Source: an uncultured delta proteobacterium
Lineage (GTDB): Bacteria > Desulfobacterota > Binatia > UBA9968
Assembly: GCA_963816145.1 (NCBI GenBank)
Contig: CAWFJP010000030.1
Coordinates: forward strand, 32,001 to 96,000
DNA length: 64,000 nucleotides
Direction: 5' to 3'
How positions within the stretch are numbered: position 1 is the first letter of the stretch; the number at the start of each line of letters is the position of its first letter. The notes below the pieces were generated by a model that was not told where the DNA came from, did no database searches, and worked only from the letters and a program-made list of their open reading frames with translations. Of the stretch, positions 1-10,541 are shown one piece after another. The position numbers and the translations under genes were made by a program.

Positions 1-310
1 AGTTCATGGTGCCGAACTCCGCCGCCGCCTTCGCCACCGCGGCGCCGCCCTCGGGCGTAATGGTTTGCAGCGAACCAATGGGCGCCATCATGACCGGGAT
101 CCGCAGCTTCTGTCCGAGAAACGTCGTCGACGTGTCGACTTTGGAAACGTCCACCAGCACCCGTGGCCGTAAACCCAAACTGTCGAAGCCCAACCGGTTG
201 CGCCGCATGGTGGTTTCCGACTCCGCGCCGCCGGTGAGATAATCCCACACATCCTGAGGCAGATTGCGATGCGCCGCCTGAATAATTTCTTGATTGCTGA
301 CGTAGTCCAT
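1..310 (-). CDS. FMN-dependent alpha-hydroxy acid oxidase/dehydrogenase (LldD/glycolate oxidase family), 5' part; runs off window start
   Basis: Hand translation from ATG at 310: MDYVSNQEIIQAAHRNLPQDVWDYLTGGAESETTMRRNR...LRPRVLVDVSKVDTSTTFLGQKLRIPVMMAPIG, the typical family N-terminus; AAGGAG RBS upstream. Not in the supplied ORF track. Confidence 0.9.
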   Translation of the reverse strand, partial: MDYVSNQEIIQAAHRNLPQDVWDYLTGGAESETTMRRNRLGFDSLGLRPRVLVDVSKVDTSTTFLGQKLRIPVMMAPIGSLQTITPEGGAAVAKAAAEFGTMN

Positions 311-446
311 GGGGTTTTTCTCCTTTTGTTCGCGATCAATGGTTGCGAGGTAAATCGAACCGCACACTATCGAACCCTGTAGCGGGCTGTCAAATCTATT
401 TACCCCTCAAACACAAAAGGGCGGCTCATCGCCTCCCCTTTCTAAA

Positions 447-476
447 CTTGAATTTTTGAACCCTTGAACCTTGAAC
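447..476. repeat. Tandem TTGAA(C) oligomer x4
   Basis: cttgaatttttgaacccttgaaccttgaac; unit spacing 8,8,7; same pattern at 10509-10537. Confidence 0.6.
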
Positions 477-479
477 GAG

Positions 480-1044
480 TTATTTACAGTTCATCGCCGG
501 CTTTTAAACCTGATGCAGCGTCGTGCCGCTGCTGCCGCCCTGGGTCGTGCCGCCGTCGGTCAAGTGAATCAGTCCTTTGACAAACGCCATGCGCGTCACG
601 CCGTGCACGGGGATCGGCATATTCTCCAAAACCGGTGCCTCAACTGTCGGTAACAGGATTGTAGTAGGCGTGATCGGGATAGATGCCGTAGGAATGGTCC
701 GGATTGCCCTCGCCGCCGAACTAATGGAAACAGCCGTTGGCAGCGATCCCATTGACGCCGCCGCGCGGCCGCAACATCGAGCGCCGTTTCGACCATTGAT
801 TGGTTTGGGGATCGAAAACTTCGACGACATCGGTGCGCTCGCTGCGGAAACCGCGTTCAAGGCGCCCGACGACGACATAAATCTTGCCGTCGAGCTCAGC
901 CACCGCGATCTCCGAATTGGCCACCGGCACCGTCGCCAACAAGCTCCAGCCGTCGTACATCGGCTTGCGCTCTTGCAAGGCACACCCGGTAACGGCGAAT
1001 AGCAATATCACAAGTGATGCGAATCTGCCAGTTTGTGAAACCAT
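480..1044 (-). pseudogene. Kelch-repeat lipoprotein pseudogene
   Basis: Lipobox AVTGC and Kelch motifs (ELDGKIYVV, VEVFDPQTNQW, PRGGVNGIAANGCFH). The frame continues past TAG (721-723) as FGGEGNPDHSYGIYPDHAYYNPVTDS, then TGA (640-642), a frameshift into MPIPVHGVT...GGSSGTTLHQV, TAA (504-506), and KPAMNCK*. Confidence 0.75.
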
Positions 1045-1082
1045 CTGGAGACAACTCTATCATTTCTTCCGCTACGAGTTAG

Positions 1083-2756
1083 TCAGCGCGTCACCGCGCC
1101 TTCTGACGCCGACGACACGAGCTTGGCATACTTGGCCATGACGCCGGTTTTGTAACGCGGCTCGGGCGCTTTCCACTGGCTCAAGCGCGATTTCAGTTCC
1201 TGCTCGGAGATTTCCACGTCGAGGCGGCGCGCCTTAATGTCGAACAAGATCGAATCGCCGTCACGCAGCGCGGCGATCGGCCCCCCATGGGCCGCTTCCG
1301 GTGCCACATGGCCCGCCATCAGTCCATGAGTCGCGCCGGAAAATCGGCCGTCGGTGAGCAATGCGACGGAATCGCCCAAGCCTGCGCCCACCAAGGCGGC
1401 GGTAACGCCCAACATTTCGCGCATGCCGGGACCGCCCTTTGGCCCCTCGTAGCGAATTACCACAACGTCGTTGTCTTTAATCTTACCTGCTTGCACGGCG
1501 GCAAACGCTTCTTCTTCACGGTCAAACACCCGAGCCGGACCGCGGTGAATCATCCGTTCATGGCCGGCAACTTTGACGACGCAGCCCTCCGAAGCCAAGT
1601 TGCCTTTGAGGATCACCAGACCGCCGGTGGCCTTGAGTGGATTGTTGGTTGCTCGCACCACTTCTTGTCCGGCAGTCTCCTTGGTCATCTCGGCCGCCTC
1701 GGCGAGGGTATTACCGGTGACGGTGATCGTGTCGCCATGAATCAAGCCGGCATCGAGCAAACGCTTGGCCACCAGTTGAATGCCGCCGGCGTGATAAAGA
1801 TCGCTGGCGACAAACCGTCCGCCGGGTTTGAGATCGGCGATCAGCGGTGTCCGATCGCTGATCGTATCGAAGTCGTCGATGTTGAGTTCCACGCCGGCTT
1901 CGCGCGCGATCGCCAGCAAATGCAGCACCGCATTGGTCGATCCGCCGGTGGCGGCCACAGAGGCGATGGCGTTCTCGATCGACTTGCGGGTGATAATCTT
2001 CGACGGCCGCAGATCGCGCTTGAGAAGTTCCATCACCAGCTTGCCGGCGTTGAAAGCTGCATCGTCCTTTTCGGCAACCGTCGCTGGGATGCCGTTGCTG
2101 CCCATAGGCGAGATGCCGAGAAACTCCATCACCGTAGACATGGTGTTGGCGGTGAACTGGCCGCCGCAGGCGCCGGCGCCCGGGCAGGCGGCGTTTTCTA
2201 CGGCGAGAAATTGTTTTTCATCGATGCGCTTACTGGCATAGGCGCCCACCGCTTCGAAGACATCTTGAATGGTCAAATCTTTGCCGCCCAAATGACCCGG
2301 CGCGATCGAACCGCCATAGAGCGCGAGACCGGGAATATCGAGGCGCGCCAGCGCCATGACCACGCCGGGGTTGGTTTTATCGCAACCGGAGAGACAGACC
2401 AATCCGTCGAAATGGTTGCCGCGAGCGACCAACTCGATGGAATCGGCGATCACCTCGCGACTGATCAGGGAGCACTTCATGCCTTCGACGCCCATGCTGA
2501 TGCCGTCGGAGATCGATACGGTGTTGAACTCCATCGGCGTGCCGCCGGCGGCGCGGATGCCCTCTTTCACCTTCACCGCCAGGCGGCGCAAGTGATAGTT
2601 GCATGGGCCGATTTCGATCCAGGTATTGGCCACGCCGATGATCGGTCGGCGCAGATCTTCGTCGGAAAAACCCGCTGCCTTGAGCATCGCCCGGGTCGGC
2701 GCCCGGTCCGGACCATCGGTAATCGCCCCGCTGCGGGGCTTTAAACTGTCAGCCAT
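1083..2756 (-). CDS. ilvD: Dihydroxy-acid dehydratase
   Basis: [50 protein letters not shown] and GHVAPEA motifs; GAAGGAG RBS before MADSLK. Confidence 0.97.
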   Translation of the reverse strand: MADSLKPRSGAITDGPDRAPTRAMLKAAGFSDEDLRRPIIGVANTWIEIGPCNYHLRRLAVKVKEGIRAAGGTPMEFNTVSISDGISMGVEGMKCSLISREVIADSIELVARGNHFDGLVCLSGCDKTNPGVVMALARLDIPGLALYGGSIAPGHLGGKDLTIQDVFEAVGAYASKRIDEKQFLAVENAACPGAGACGGQFTANTMSTVMEFLGISPMGSNGIPATVAEKDDAAFNAGKLVMELLKRDLRPSKIITRKSIENAIASVAATGGSTNAVLHLLAIAREAGVELNIDDFDTISDRTPLIADLKPGGRFVASDLYHAGGIQLVAKRLLDAGLIHGDTITVTGNTLAEAAEMTKETAGQEVVRATNNPLKATGGLVILKGNLASEGCVVKVAGHERMIHRGPARVFDREEEAFAAVQAGKIKDNDVVVIRYEGPKGGPGMREMLGVTAALVGAGLGDSVALLTDGRFSGATHGLMAGHVAPEAAHGGPIAALRDGDSILFDIKARRLDVEISEQELKSRLSQWKAPEPRYKTGVMAKYAKLVSSASEGAVTR

Positions 2757-2870
2757 GGAAAACTCCTTCGAAAATAGTGAGGCATTCAATTAACTATGGC
2801 ATCCCCTGATTTGCAAGCAGAGACGGCGCCGCATTAGATTAGGCAGTTACGTGCGCCAAAGGAACCGCCA

Positions 2871-2954
2871 ATGAATTAAATCGCCTATCGCTACGGCAAC
2901 GCCATCGATGTCGACCAAGTCATCGAACTCTACCGCGCCTAGACCTTGGCCGCC
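2871..2954 (+). pseudogene. Remnant of the 5' end of a GNAT acetyltransferase
   Basis: AAAGGA RBS, then MN*IAYRYGNAIDVDQVIELYRA*TLAA, resembling the N-terminus (YRxGNxLDxDxVIELYRASTL) of a common small GNAT family as recalled; two in-frame stops and no continuation. Confidence 0.45.
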
Positions 2955-3142
2955 ACCGCCTCCCCTCTCGCCGATCCCAGCTGAGGTACAGATTTCATCG
3001 AGGCGCTTTCAGTATGCAACGGTTTTCGCTAAGATACTGAGAATTTACCGGGCGTTGAGCTTTGCAACCTATCGGCGTCACTGGTCAGCTGAGTAGCAGC
3101 AGACCGGCCACTGGTTGGGCTCATTCACAACAGGGAGAAAAA

Positions 3143-4144
3143 GTGAAAATATTTGCCGACAGAATTTTTCAAAGCATGCTACTTGCCGCACTCATATTAG
3201 TCGCGCCGCTGCCAGCGCGCGGGCAAAAACCAGTGATGGTTGGAGTCGCCGGCCCAGCGGTTAATTTAACCTACGCTTACCTAACGCAGGACACCGGGCT
3301 TTGGCGCAAATATGGCGTCGACGCAAGGGTCGTGTTGTTCGAATCGGGTTCAACCTTGGCCATGGTCGCCCGCTCGGGTGAGGTCAGCTTCGCGATCAAT
3401 TCCGGCCCAACCGTTATCGCTGCGCGGACTCAGGGGGCCGACTCCATCATGGTCGCGGTTATGGTCAACACCCTTCCCTATAGCTTGGTTACCGCCAAAG
3501 GGATTACCACTTGGAATCAACTCAAAGGCAAAAAGGTCGGCATCAGCCGCTTCGGTTCCGGTACCGACACTGCCATACGACTGCTGGTCAAACGTTTTGG
3601 CCTCGATCCGGCGAAGGATTTAGTGATCCTACAAGGCGGCACCCAGCCCAGCCGGCTCCAAGCGGTCCTAGCCGGCTCCCTGGACGCGACCTTGGTCTCA
3701 CCGCCCCTCGACTTGACGGCAAAAAAGCTAGGGCTGTCGATCCTAGTGAACATCGCCGATCTGGGGATTGCCTATCCCCAGTTAGTGATCGAGACATCCG
3801 AGCGCTACAACCGCGAGCAGCCGATGGTGGTGAAAAACTTCTTGAAGGGCTTTATCGAAGGAATTTACTACGCCGCTAGCCACAAAGAAGAAACCAAGAA
3901 GACCATCACCAAGTACCTCAAGACCGACGACCCGGAGATTCTTGAAGCGACGCACCAGAGCTTTTTGCAAGTAACCGATTATACCGGCGTGCCCAACCTC
4001 GAAGGCATTCGCAACGCGATGGATGAAGTCGCGGTTCGTATGCCGGCGGTGAAGACAAAAAAGCCTGAGGACTTTATCGATACCCGATTTCTAAAGGAAC
4101 TTGAGAAGGAAGGCTTCTTCAAACAGTTTCAAAAGAAGACTTAA
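3143..4144 (+). CDS. ABC substrate-binding protein, NMT1/SsuA/TauA family (orphan)
   Basis: Signal peptide, LKGKKVGISRFGS, and C-terminal KPEDFIDTRFLKELEKEGFF; GTG start after GGGAG. Confidence 0.88.
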   Translation: MKIFADRIFQSMLLAALILVAPLPARGQKPVMVGVAGPAVNLTYAYLTQDTGLWRKYGVDARVVLFESGSTLAMVARSGEVSFAINSGPTVIAARTQGADSIMVAVMVNTLPYSLVTAKGITTWNQLKGKKVGISRFGSGTDTAIRLLVKRFGLDPAKDLVILQGGTQPSRLQAVLAGSLDATLVSPPLDLTAKKLGLSILVNIADLGIAYPQLVIETSERYNREQPMVVKNFLKGFIEGIYYAASHKEETKKTITKYLKTDDPEILEATHQSFLQVTDYTGVPNLEGIRNAMDEVAVRMPAVKTKKPEDFIDTRFLKELEKEGFFKQFQKKT

Positions 4145-4194
4145 TCCGGAGAAAGCGCCAAGGGACGAGCGCCTAGGAACCGCGAGACCGCAGC

Positions 4195-4368
4195 TCAAAC
4201 TTGGAAATCGCTGGCTTCGGCCTCCGGTTTCTGGCGTCGCCGTAACAATCGTTCCCAGGGCAATTGGGTTGTCTGTAATGCGCGCTTCGGCTTCTCGACA
4301 AACATGCGCAGCGTGTTGACGACAAAGATAGTGGCCAACAAACCGTAGGTAATTAAATCGAAAATCAT
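4195..4368 (-). CDS. Small (57 aa) single-TM protein
   Basis: GGGAGG RBS then MIFDLITYGLLATIFVVNTLRMFVEKPKR..., a hydrophobic N-terminus followed by a basic tail. Confidence 0.5.
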   Translation of the reverse strand: MIFDLITYGLLATIFVVNTLRMFVEKPKRALQTTQLPWERLLRRRQKPEAEASDFQV

Positions 4369-4625
4369 GCGGCCTCCCAAGGGACGGACTGTTCGTGTAA
4401 CGACAATCCGGGGGCTAGGTGAGCAAAACCTAAGCCACAAATTCGAGCCCCGTAAATATTTGAAATCCCGTTACTTTGAATTGTCCATCGGGTGGTTTTG
4501 AGTGAATTTTGCGCAGTTCATTGCTCAGCCCGACGCAAAAAGCACGAAAACACTGGATCAGCTACGTGCAAAGTCCGATCCGACGGGGTATCATTGAATT
4601 GGCAATTTCAGGAGCGGATGAATCA

Positions 4626-5258
4626 GTGACCGGTCGCCCAAACCTTCCTGTTTTTGGCAAGATATTTGGCGTCATAGTTCTTGGCGGGGCGCTCGCCATG
4701 ACCTTCGGTTGTTCGAGCGTCGAAACCAAACCGTCCCCGGTTGACCAACGTGAACGCCTTAAAGAAAAAGTCGACCAGGTGATCGCCAATGGCGAACTCG
4801 ATCCGGTACCGGCTAATACCACCCGCTTTACCGAAGCCGAACTCAACTCAATTTTGACCAGCCAGATCGCCGGGTGGATTCCCAACGGCCTCAGCGAGCC
4901 GCAGGTACGGCTTCTCGGCAACGAGCGATTTTCCCTGCGCGTCCTCGTCGATATCGACGAGTTCAAGCGCCGGCGCAAACGCCAGCAGAGCGCCGGTCCG
5001 CTCAATTTTTTAAGTGGCAAGATGCCCGCGCTGGTGCGCGGCGATCTCATCACCAGCGACGGCAAAGGCCAATTCAAATTACAGTCCACCGAAGTGAACG
5101 GCATTCCCCTGCCGCGAGCCCTGGCGCTGGAGCTGCTTTCGACGCACACAAAAACGCGCCGCAACCCAGAGGGGTTCAATATTGAAAAACCTTTCGACCT
5201 ACCCGCCAAGATTCGCCAGCTGCAAATAAATCCCGCGGAGCTTGTCGTGATCCAGTAA
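4626..5258 (+). CDS. Hypothetical lipoprotein (possible tubular lipid-binding/DUF2993-like fold); start uncertain
   Basis: Long ORF with lipobox-like ALAMTFGC and FTEAELNS and VNGIPLP segments. Confidence 0.6.
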   Translation: MTGRPNLPVFGKIFGVIVLGGALAMTFGCSSVETKPSPVDQRERLKEKVDQVIANGELDPVPANTTRFTEAELNSILTSQIAGWIPNGLSEPQVRLLGNERFSLRVLVDIDEFKRRRKRQQSAGPLNFLSGKMPALVRGDLITSDGKGQFKLQSTEVNGIPLPRALALELLSTHTKTRRNPEGFNIEKPFDLPAKIRQLQINPAELVVIQ

Positions 5259-5417
5259 CCGCGTCAGCGGAGATGCGGCACGAGTCCCTCGCGCAAACTC
5301 CCCTCAGCCAGCGCTGCTACCGATCGCAGCCAACGCAGATGGGCGAACACAGCGGCTCCCCCCCTGCAAGTCCGATTCCTTTGTTGCGCGCATTACGTTC
5401 TTCGCGGCCAATTCTCT

Positions 5418-6347
5418 CTAGAGATGCGGCATGATCTCCTTGGCGCAAATTTCTAGATGCTCGGCTTCGTCGAACATCGGGTTGAAGACGATGAACTGGG
5501 CGCCGGCTTTGACGATCTCTTGGATTTTTTCGGTGACCTCTGCGGCATTGCCCCAGATCGACACCCGGGCGCCGAGCTCGGCGTTTTTGTAACGCTTGGC
5601 GAACCACTCGCGAATCCGCTTCTCGCCGCGCGCCTTGTCGTTGTCGACGGTCATATATACCCGCTTGCCGTAGCTGAAGGTCGCCGGGTCGCGCTTAGCG
5701 TCAGTCAAGAACTGGCGAATCTGCGCCGACTCGCGCACGAAGGCATTCGCAGACGACGAGCCCGCGCCCATCCAGCCGTTGCCGTATTTCACCGCGCGTT
5801 TGAGAGCGTTTTCATGATGACCGCCGAACCATAGCGGCAGATGCGGTCTTTGTATTGGCTTGGGCTCCATCGAGACATCGTCGAAATTCCAATAGCGTCC
5901 ATGAAAGCTCGCCTTGGGCTCGGTCCACAGGAGCTTCATGATCTGCACCGCTTCCGTGAAGCGCGTCACCCGCCCCTCGCGTGTGTAACCGAAGACCTCC
6001 TCATGGGAGCCCAGATGGCCGCCGCCGAGACCGACGCCGATGATCGCCCGCCCGCCGCTCATGACGTCGAGCGTCGAATAGGCCTTAGCCAGCTGCACCG
6101 GGTTGCGCAGCGGCAAGAGAATCACCGAAGTGCCCAGCTTTAATTTTGTCGTAATCGCCGCAACGTAACTGAGCAGCGTAACCGGTTCGAGCATGGTGAA
6201 ATCGCCAATCACCCGCTCCTGCAACCACAGACTGTCGAAGCCCAGCGTCTCCGCCCGCGTTGCGAATTTGCGGATATGTTCCATATCGGCCGGCCCGTCG
6301 AAAAACACCTGCGGCAGCTCAATACCGCAGGGAGTGTGATTTGCCAT
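5418..6347 (-). CDS. LLM-class (luciferase-like) flavin/F420-dependent oxidoreductase
   Basis: AETLGFDSLW, LGTSVILLPLRNPVQLAK, STLDVMSGGR, PKPIQRPHLPLWFGG. Confidence 0.92.
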   Translation of the reverse strand: MANHTPCGIELPQVFFDGPADMEHIRKFATRAETLGFDSLWLQERVIGDFTMLEPVTLLSYVAAITTKLKLGTSVILLPLRNPVQLAKAYSTLDVMSGGRAIIGVGLGGGHLGSHEEVFGYTREGRVTRFTEAVQIMKLLWTEPKASFHGRYWNFDDVSMEPKPIQRPHLPLWFGGHHENALKRAVKYGNGWMGAGSSSANAFVRESAQIRQFLTDAKRDPATFSYGKRVYMTVDNDKARGEKRIREWFAKRYKNAELGARVSIWGNAAEVTEKIQEIVKAGAQFIVFNPMFDEAEHLEICAKEIMPHL

Positions 6348-6384
6348 AATCTGCCGTCTCCTGAAAAAAAAGAATCACGAATAC

Positions 6385-6457
6385 TCACCACGAAGATCAC
6401 GAAGGACAAGAAGGTTTCGGAAATTTGTTGTTCCGAACTTCGTGCTCTTCGTGGTGA
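6385..6457. repeat. CACGAAG 9-mer inverted-repeat element, copy 1
   Basis: tcaccacgaagatcacgaaggacaagaag...ttcggaa..ttccgaa cttcgtgctcttcgtggtga. Confidence 0.8.
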
Positions 6458-6466
6458 AAGTCTTTT

Positions 6467-7618
6467 CTAATCCACCCCATATAGCCGCGCGCAGTTGTCC
6501 CACAGAATCTTCTTGCGCGCGCGGCTCGGCATCTCCATCGCCATAAAATGATTCACGGCGTCGGGCCAATGCGAGTCGGCGTGGGGATAATCCGTCGAGA
6601 TCACGACGTTGCCGTCACCGATACGCTTGACCACATCGCCGACCAGATTCTCTTCGACATCGACGGAGATAAAGCACTGGCGCAGGAAATAATCGCTCGG
6701 TTTCATGCTCATCGATTCGTTACAGTACTCCTTGCGCATTTCCCAGCGCTCGTCCAAACGGTACAGCGCCCAGGGCAGCCAGCTGCAATTGCCTTCGAGA
6801 AACGCGACGCGAAGCTTGGGGAATCGTTCGAGCACCCCGCCAGCGCAAAAGCTGCCGACGGCAAACATCAGCTCGATGGGATTGCGGAAGGCGTTGATCA
6901 ACACCGCTTCGTTGGATTGGCCGCGAAAACGGTGCACCGCTTGGTCTTGATTGGGGCTCGCCGCCGGATGGAAACAGACCGGCACGCCAAGTTTTTCCGC
7001 TTCGCGCCACACCGGATCGTAGTAGCGGTCGTGAATATGTTTGCCATTGCTCGGCTCCGGCACCAGACAAAGACCTATCGCGCCCAACTCGTTAATCGCG
7101 CGCCGGGTCTCATCCACCGCCAGATCAACATCATGCAGCGTGATCAGCGCCGATGGCCGCAGCCGTTGCGGATCGGCTTTGCAGAAATCCGCCATCCAGT
7201 CGTTCCAAGCCCGGCACAGCGCATTGGCATACTCGGGCTCCAAACTATCGTCGCAGTGCAGCGGAAAAGTCCGGAACAACACCGCGACGTCCAAGCCCTC
7301 GTCGTCCATCGCCGCCAACTGCGACACGGCGTCGTAGTCGCGCGCCAGGGGTTTGGCATACCGATGCGCCACCTGAGCTTCTCCCGGCGAGCTTTCGCCG
7401 CTATTTCGCTTGGGGGTGGTGGCGGCTAACACTTGGGTTCCCGAAGGACGCAGCGGCCGGCCGTCAGAGTAAGTAAACTTAATCTGCCCATGTTTGGTCC
7501 GCGGTTTACCGCGTGGGATGCGCTCGCCCCATTTGGGGTCCATGTACTTCTCGTAGAGGTCATACGGCTCGAACACATGCATGTCGCTGTCGAGAATCTT
7601 GTAACCATCTCGCGCCAT
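6467..7618 (-). CDS. Amidohydrolase_2 family metal-dependent hydrolase/decarboxylase (ACMSD/LigW-like)
   Basis: DSDMHV, CRAWNDW, VPVCFHP, RFPKLRVAFLEGNCSWLP, STDYPHAD. Confidence 0.9.
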   Translation of the reverse strand: MARDGYKILDSDMHVFEPYDLYEKYMDPKWGERIPRGKPRTKHGQIKFTYSDGRPLRPSGTQVLAATTPKRNSGESSPGEAQVAHRYAKPLARDYDAVSQLAAMDDEGLDVAVLFRTFPLHCDDSLEPEYANALCRAWNDWMADFCKADPQRLRPSALITLHDVDLAVDETRRAINELGAIGLCLVPEPSNGKHIHDRYYDPVWREAEKLGVPVCFHPAASPNQDQAVHRFRGQSNEAVLINAFRNPIELMFAVGSFCAGGVLERFPKLRVAFLEGNCSWLPWALYRLDERWEMRKEYCNESMSMKPSDYFLRQCFISVDVEENLVGDVVKRIGDGNVVISTDYPHADSHWPDAVNHFMAMEMPSRARKKILWDNCARLYGVD

Positions 7619-7953
7619 AACGTTACTCCTTCTTTATCGCCGAGTATTTTCGTCAACCGCGCCATCACTCCGCCGGCTGATCAACGACCGTCTTCGCTTG
7701 ACCTTGCCGATTGTCGCCGCGCTACAATTCGATGTGTCAGTCGAGTTTGATTGCACGCTGCAATGGCCGGGCGAGCCATTGGCGACAGATCCTCATAACC
7801 TGGCCCATCACTAGTATCAGTCATACACCGTGTCAACTAAAATAGCCGCGGTGGCAATTGTGACGCTCGGCAAATTCACCTTGACAACAGTAGTTGGAGC
7901 TGTAAAAGATTCCGCAGCAAATCGACCGCATGAGATCATTTGGGGAGGTGCGC

Positions 7954-9483
7954 ATGTTCGCTCGGCACAAGAATTTTCCGGTGATATTTTTTTTGGCATC
8001 CGCCGCATTTCTGGGCAAGTCGGATTTCGCGGGCGCTCAAACGCGCGTCACCGTCGGCGTTACCGAAACCATCGAAACCCATAATCCCTACGGCGACAGC
8101 GTATCGTTGCTCTACGGCATCTGGAGCGAGATCACCGGTCCCTTTTGCACCTACAATTACACGAAAGGCGACTTCGAAGGGCGGTTGGCCGAGCGTTGGA
8201 AAGCGGAGAACCCGACCACGTGGCTTTTTTATTTGAACAAGAACTACAAATTCAACGACGGCTCCTTGGTCACAGCCGAAGACGTGGTGCATTCGATCAT
8301 GACCCGCATCGTAAAAGATCCCAAAGGGGTGCAAAAAGCTTCCGTTGCGCCGTCCGTCGTGAACGCCGAAGCCATCGATAAATATATCGTCAAGGTCACC
8401 ACCGACAAACCGACGGCGCCGCTGCTAGGGTTTTTCTGCGACCGTCTAATCATAACCAGCAAGGCGATGTACGACAAATACGGCCAAGAGTCAGCCGATA
8501 AAGACCACATGATTGGCGCGGGCCCCTACCGGCTTAAGGAACTGATTCCCGGCCAGAGACTGGTCATCGCCAAAAACCCAAATCACCCAGAATCTAAGAA
8601 AAATCCGCGCGCGCCGGACGAAGTGGTCTATCGCATCATGCGCGAACCGGAGCAGCGTGTCACGGCTTTGTTAAATGACGAGATCCAGATCGGCCAATTC
8701 GTGCCGCCCCATATGCGACAGCGGGTCGAAAAGACCAACAATCTGCGGATCACGTCGGCAGATTCGGTTGAGATCATGTTTCTCGCCATGCAACCGAAAC
8801 CACCTTTTGATAAGAAAGAAGTCCGCCAGGCGGTCTGTCACGCGATCAACCGCGATCAAATCATCGGTACTTTATTGGAAGGGTTCGCCAGTCGCCTCGA
8901 CGGGCCCTTGGGTCCCGGACAATACGGCTACGATCCCGATTTGAAGCCGAAATTGAATTACGACCCGGAAAGAGCCAAAAAACTTTTGGCTCAAGCCGGT
9001 TATGCCAGCGGCATCGATGTCGAGCTGCAAACTCCGGTGGGACGCTACACATTGGATAAGCAGCTAACCGAAGCGATGATCCCGATGCTCAACTCTGTCG
9101 GCATTCGCGCCAGGCTCGCCACGCCCGAGTGGGCCACGCTCTGGGCGAACGTGCAAAAGGGGACGGTGCCTTTCTATTATATGGGACGCGGCTCGGTCCA
9201 GGATCCCAGCGCCGCATTGCATCAATATTTTCATACAGGTGAAACGCCGCGCATCGGCTATTCAAACTTCAAAGTCGACGAACTGCTGAACAAAGAACAG
9301 CAGGAGTTCGACCCGAAAAAACGGCGCCAATATCTGTCGCAGGCGATGAGCATCCTCACCGAAGACGCGCCGGCCTGTTTCATGTGGCGGCACAAACTGC
9401 TCTGGGGCTTGAGCACCAAGATTGATTACAAGCCGCTGCCCGATTCGCGCGTGTACGCGATCGACATGACCGTGAAGAAATGA
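7954..9483 (+). CDS. Peptide/nickel ABC substrate-binding protein (family 5, DppA-like)
   Basis: LAERW, KFNDGSLVTAEDV, IGAGPYRL, PFDKKEVRQAVCHAINR; GGGGAGG RBS. Confidence 0.92.
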   Translation: MFARHKNFPVIFFLASAAFLGKSDFAGAQTRVTVGVTETIETHNPYGDSVSLLYGIWSEITGPFCTYNYTKGDFEGRLAERWKAENPTTWLFYLNKNYKFNDGSLVTAEDVVHSIMTRIVKDPKGVQKASVAPSVVNAEAIDKYIVKVTTDKPTAPLLGFFCDRLIITSKAMYDKYGQESADKDHMIGAGPYRLKELIPGQRLVIAKNPNHPESKKNPRAPDEVVYRIMREPEQRVTALLNDEIQIGQFVPPHMRQRVEKTNNLRITSADSVEIMFLAMQPKPPFDKKEVRQAVCHAINRDQIIGTLLEGFASRLDGPLGPGQYGYDPDLKPKLNYDPERAKKLLAQAGYASGIDVELQTPVGRYTLDKQLTEAMIPMLNSVGIRARLATPEWATLWANVQKGTVPFYYMGRGSVQDPSAALHQYFHTGETPRIGYSNFKVDELLNKEQQEFDPKKRRQYLSQAMSILTEDAPACFMWRHKLLWGLSTKIDYKPLPDSRVYAIDMTVKK

Positions 9484-9577
9484 ACATACTGCCCTTTTCC
9501 AGGGGGCGAGGGTTCCGATAGTTCTGTCAACGGCAAGGCTCGTTTTCTCGTGTGAAATTCTCAGCGGGGAGAATCCC

Positions 9578-10453
9578 ATGAACGGCGAAAAATATATTGA
9601 TGTCGAGGGCATCCGCACCCGCTACTTCGAAGCCGGCAGCGGCGCCAACCTCGTCTTGTTTCACGGCGGCCACTTCGGTTCCCATGATGCCGCTAATTGC
9701 GCTGAAGACTGGAGTTTGAACTTCGACGATTTGGCCAAATGGTTCCATGTCATTGCCGTTGACAAGATCGGCCAAGGATTCACCGACAATCCGAAAAAAG
9801 ACCAAGACTACAGCATGGCAGCCGTAGTACAGCATGCTTATAAGTTTTTGAAAACTCTCGGCTTGCGCAACGTCCATCCGGTGGGTCATTCGCGCGGCGC
9901 TTATCTCGTTGGCCGTTTGGTCATAGAGCATCCCGAGCTTTTCACCACCTGTATTCTCGTCGACACCAACACACTAGCGCCGGGCATCAGCAAAAATGAA
10001 ACCGTGATGGCCAATCCGCCCCAGCCACGACTAGGCCGCGAAAGCCAGCGATGGGTGCTGCAAAAATACTCCTACGGCCATGAACATATCACCGAGGAGT
10101 GGCTCGACGCCATGATGCGCGTCGCCGCAACGGCGAAATACCAAGAAGCCGTAAGAAAAATGGAAGAAGTCGGCCTTAGAACGACCCGCTTCCTGCCGCA
10201 CTTGGCGCGGCAAAAGGACGAGACGTTGGGTATCATTCGCGACCGCGGCTTGGGCAAGCCGACATTGTTGGCCTGGTCCTACCAAGATCCAACCGCAACC
10301 ATCGACCAGGGCTACGCGCTCTTCGATTTGATTGCCGGTAGCACGTTGGACGCGCGCATGTATATCTACAATTGCGCCGGTCACTTTTCCTACCGCGAGC
10401 ATCCGGCGGAATTTAACGAGATGCTGCGCAGCTTCATCCAACGCGTGGCCTAG
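9578..10453 (+). CDS. Alpha/beta hydrolase (MhpC/BphD C-C hydrolase-like)
   Basis: LVLFHGG, AVDKIGQG, nucleophile elbow GHSRGA, catalytic His in CAGHFSYREHP. Confidence 0.88.
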   Translation: MNGEKYIDVEGIRTRYFEAGSGANLVLFHGGHFGSHDAANCAEDWSLNFDDLAKWFHVIAVDKIGQGFTDNPKKDQDYSMAAVVQHAYKFLKTLGLRNVHPVGHSRGAYLVGRLVIEHPELFTTCILVDTNTLAPGISKNETVMANPPQPRLGRESQRWVLQKYSYGHEHITEEWLDAMMRVAATAKYQEAVRKMEEVGLRTTRFLPHLARQKDETLGIIRDRGLGKPTLLAWSYQDPTATIDQGYALFDLIAGSTLDARMYIYNCAGHFSYREHPAEFNEMLRSFIQRVA

Positions 10454-10508
10454 TGAAAGAGTTGCATCCATAACGATCAAAATCGCGGCGTGCAACCGCC
10501 GAACTGCC

Positions 10509-10537
10509 TTGAACTCTTGAACCTTTGAACGTTGAGC
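10509..10537. repeat. Tandem TTGAAC oligomer x4
   Basis: ttgaactcttgaacctttgaacgttgagc; spacing 8,8,7 as at 447-476. Confidence 0.6.
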
Positions 10538-10541
10538 GATT

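Noticed and set aside
480-1044. Stop-codon readthrough (Sec/Pyl or alternative code) in the Kelch gene
   Set aside because: All three stop types plus a frameshift occur, and neighbouring genes use these stops normally; decay is simpler.
1287-2744. Long antisense ORFs (also 6548-7429, 20243-21397, 23439-24284, 36273-37187, 42161-43054, 46247-47341, 48252-49535)
   Set aside because: They are shadows of well-supported genes on the opposite strand, expected in GC-rich DNA, and contain no recognisable motifs.
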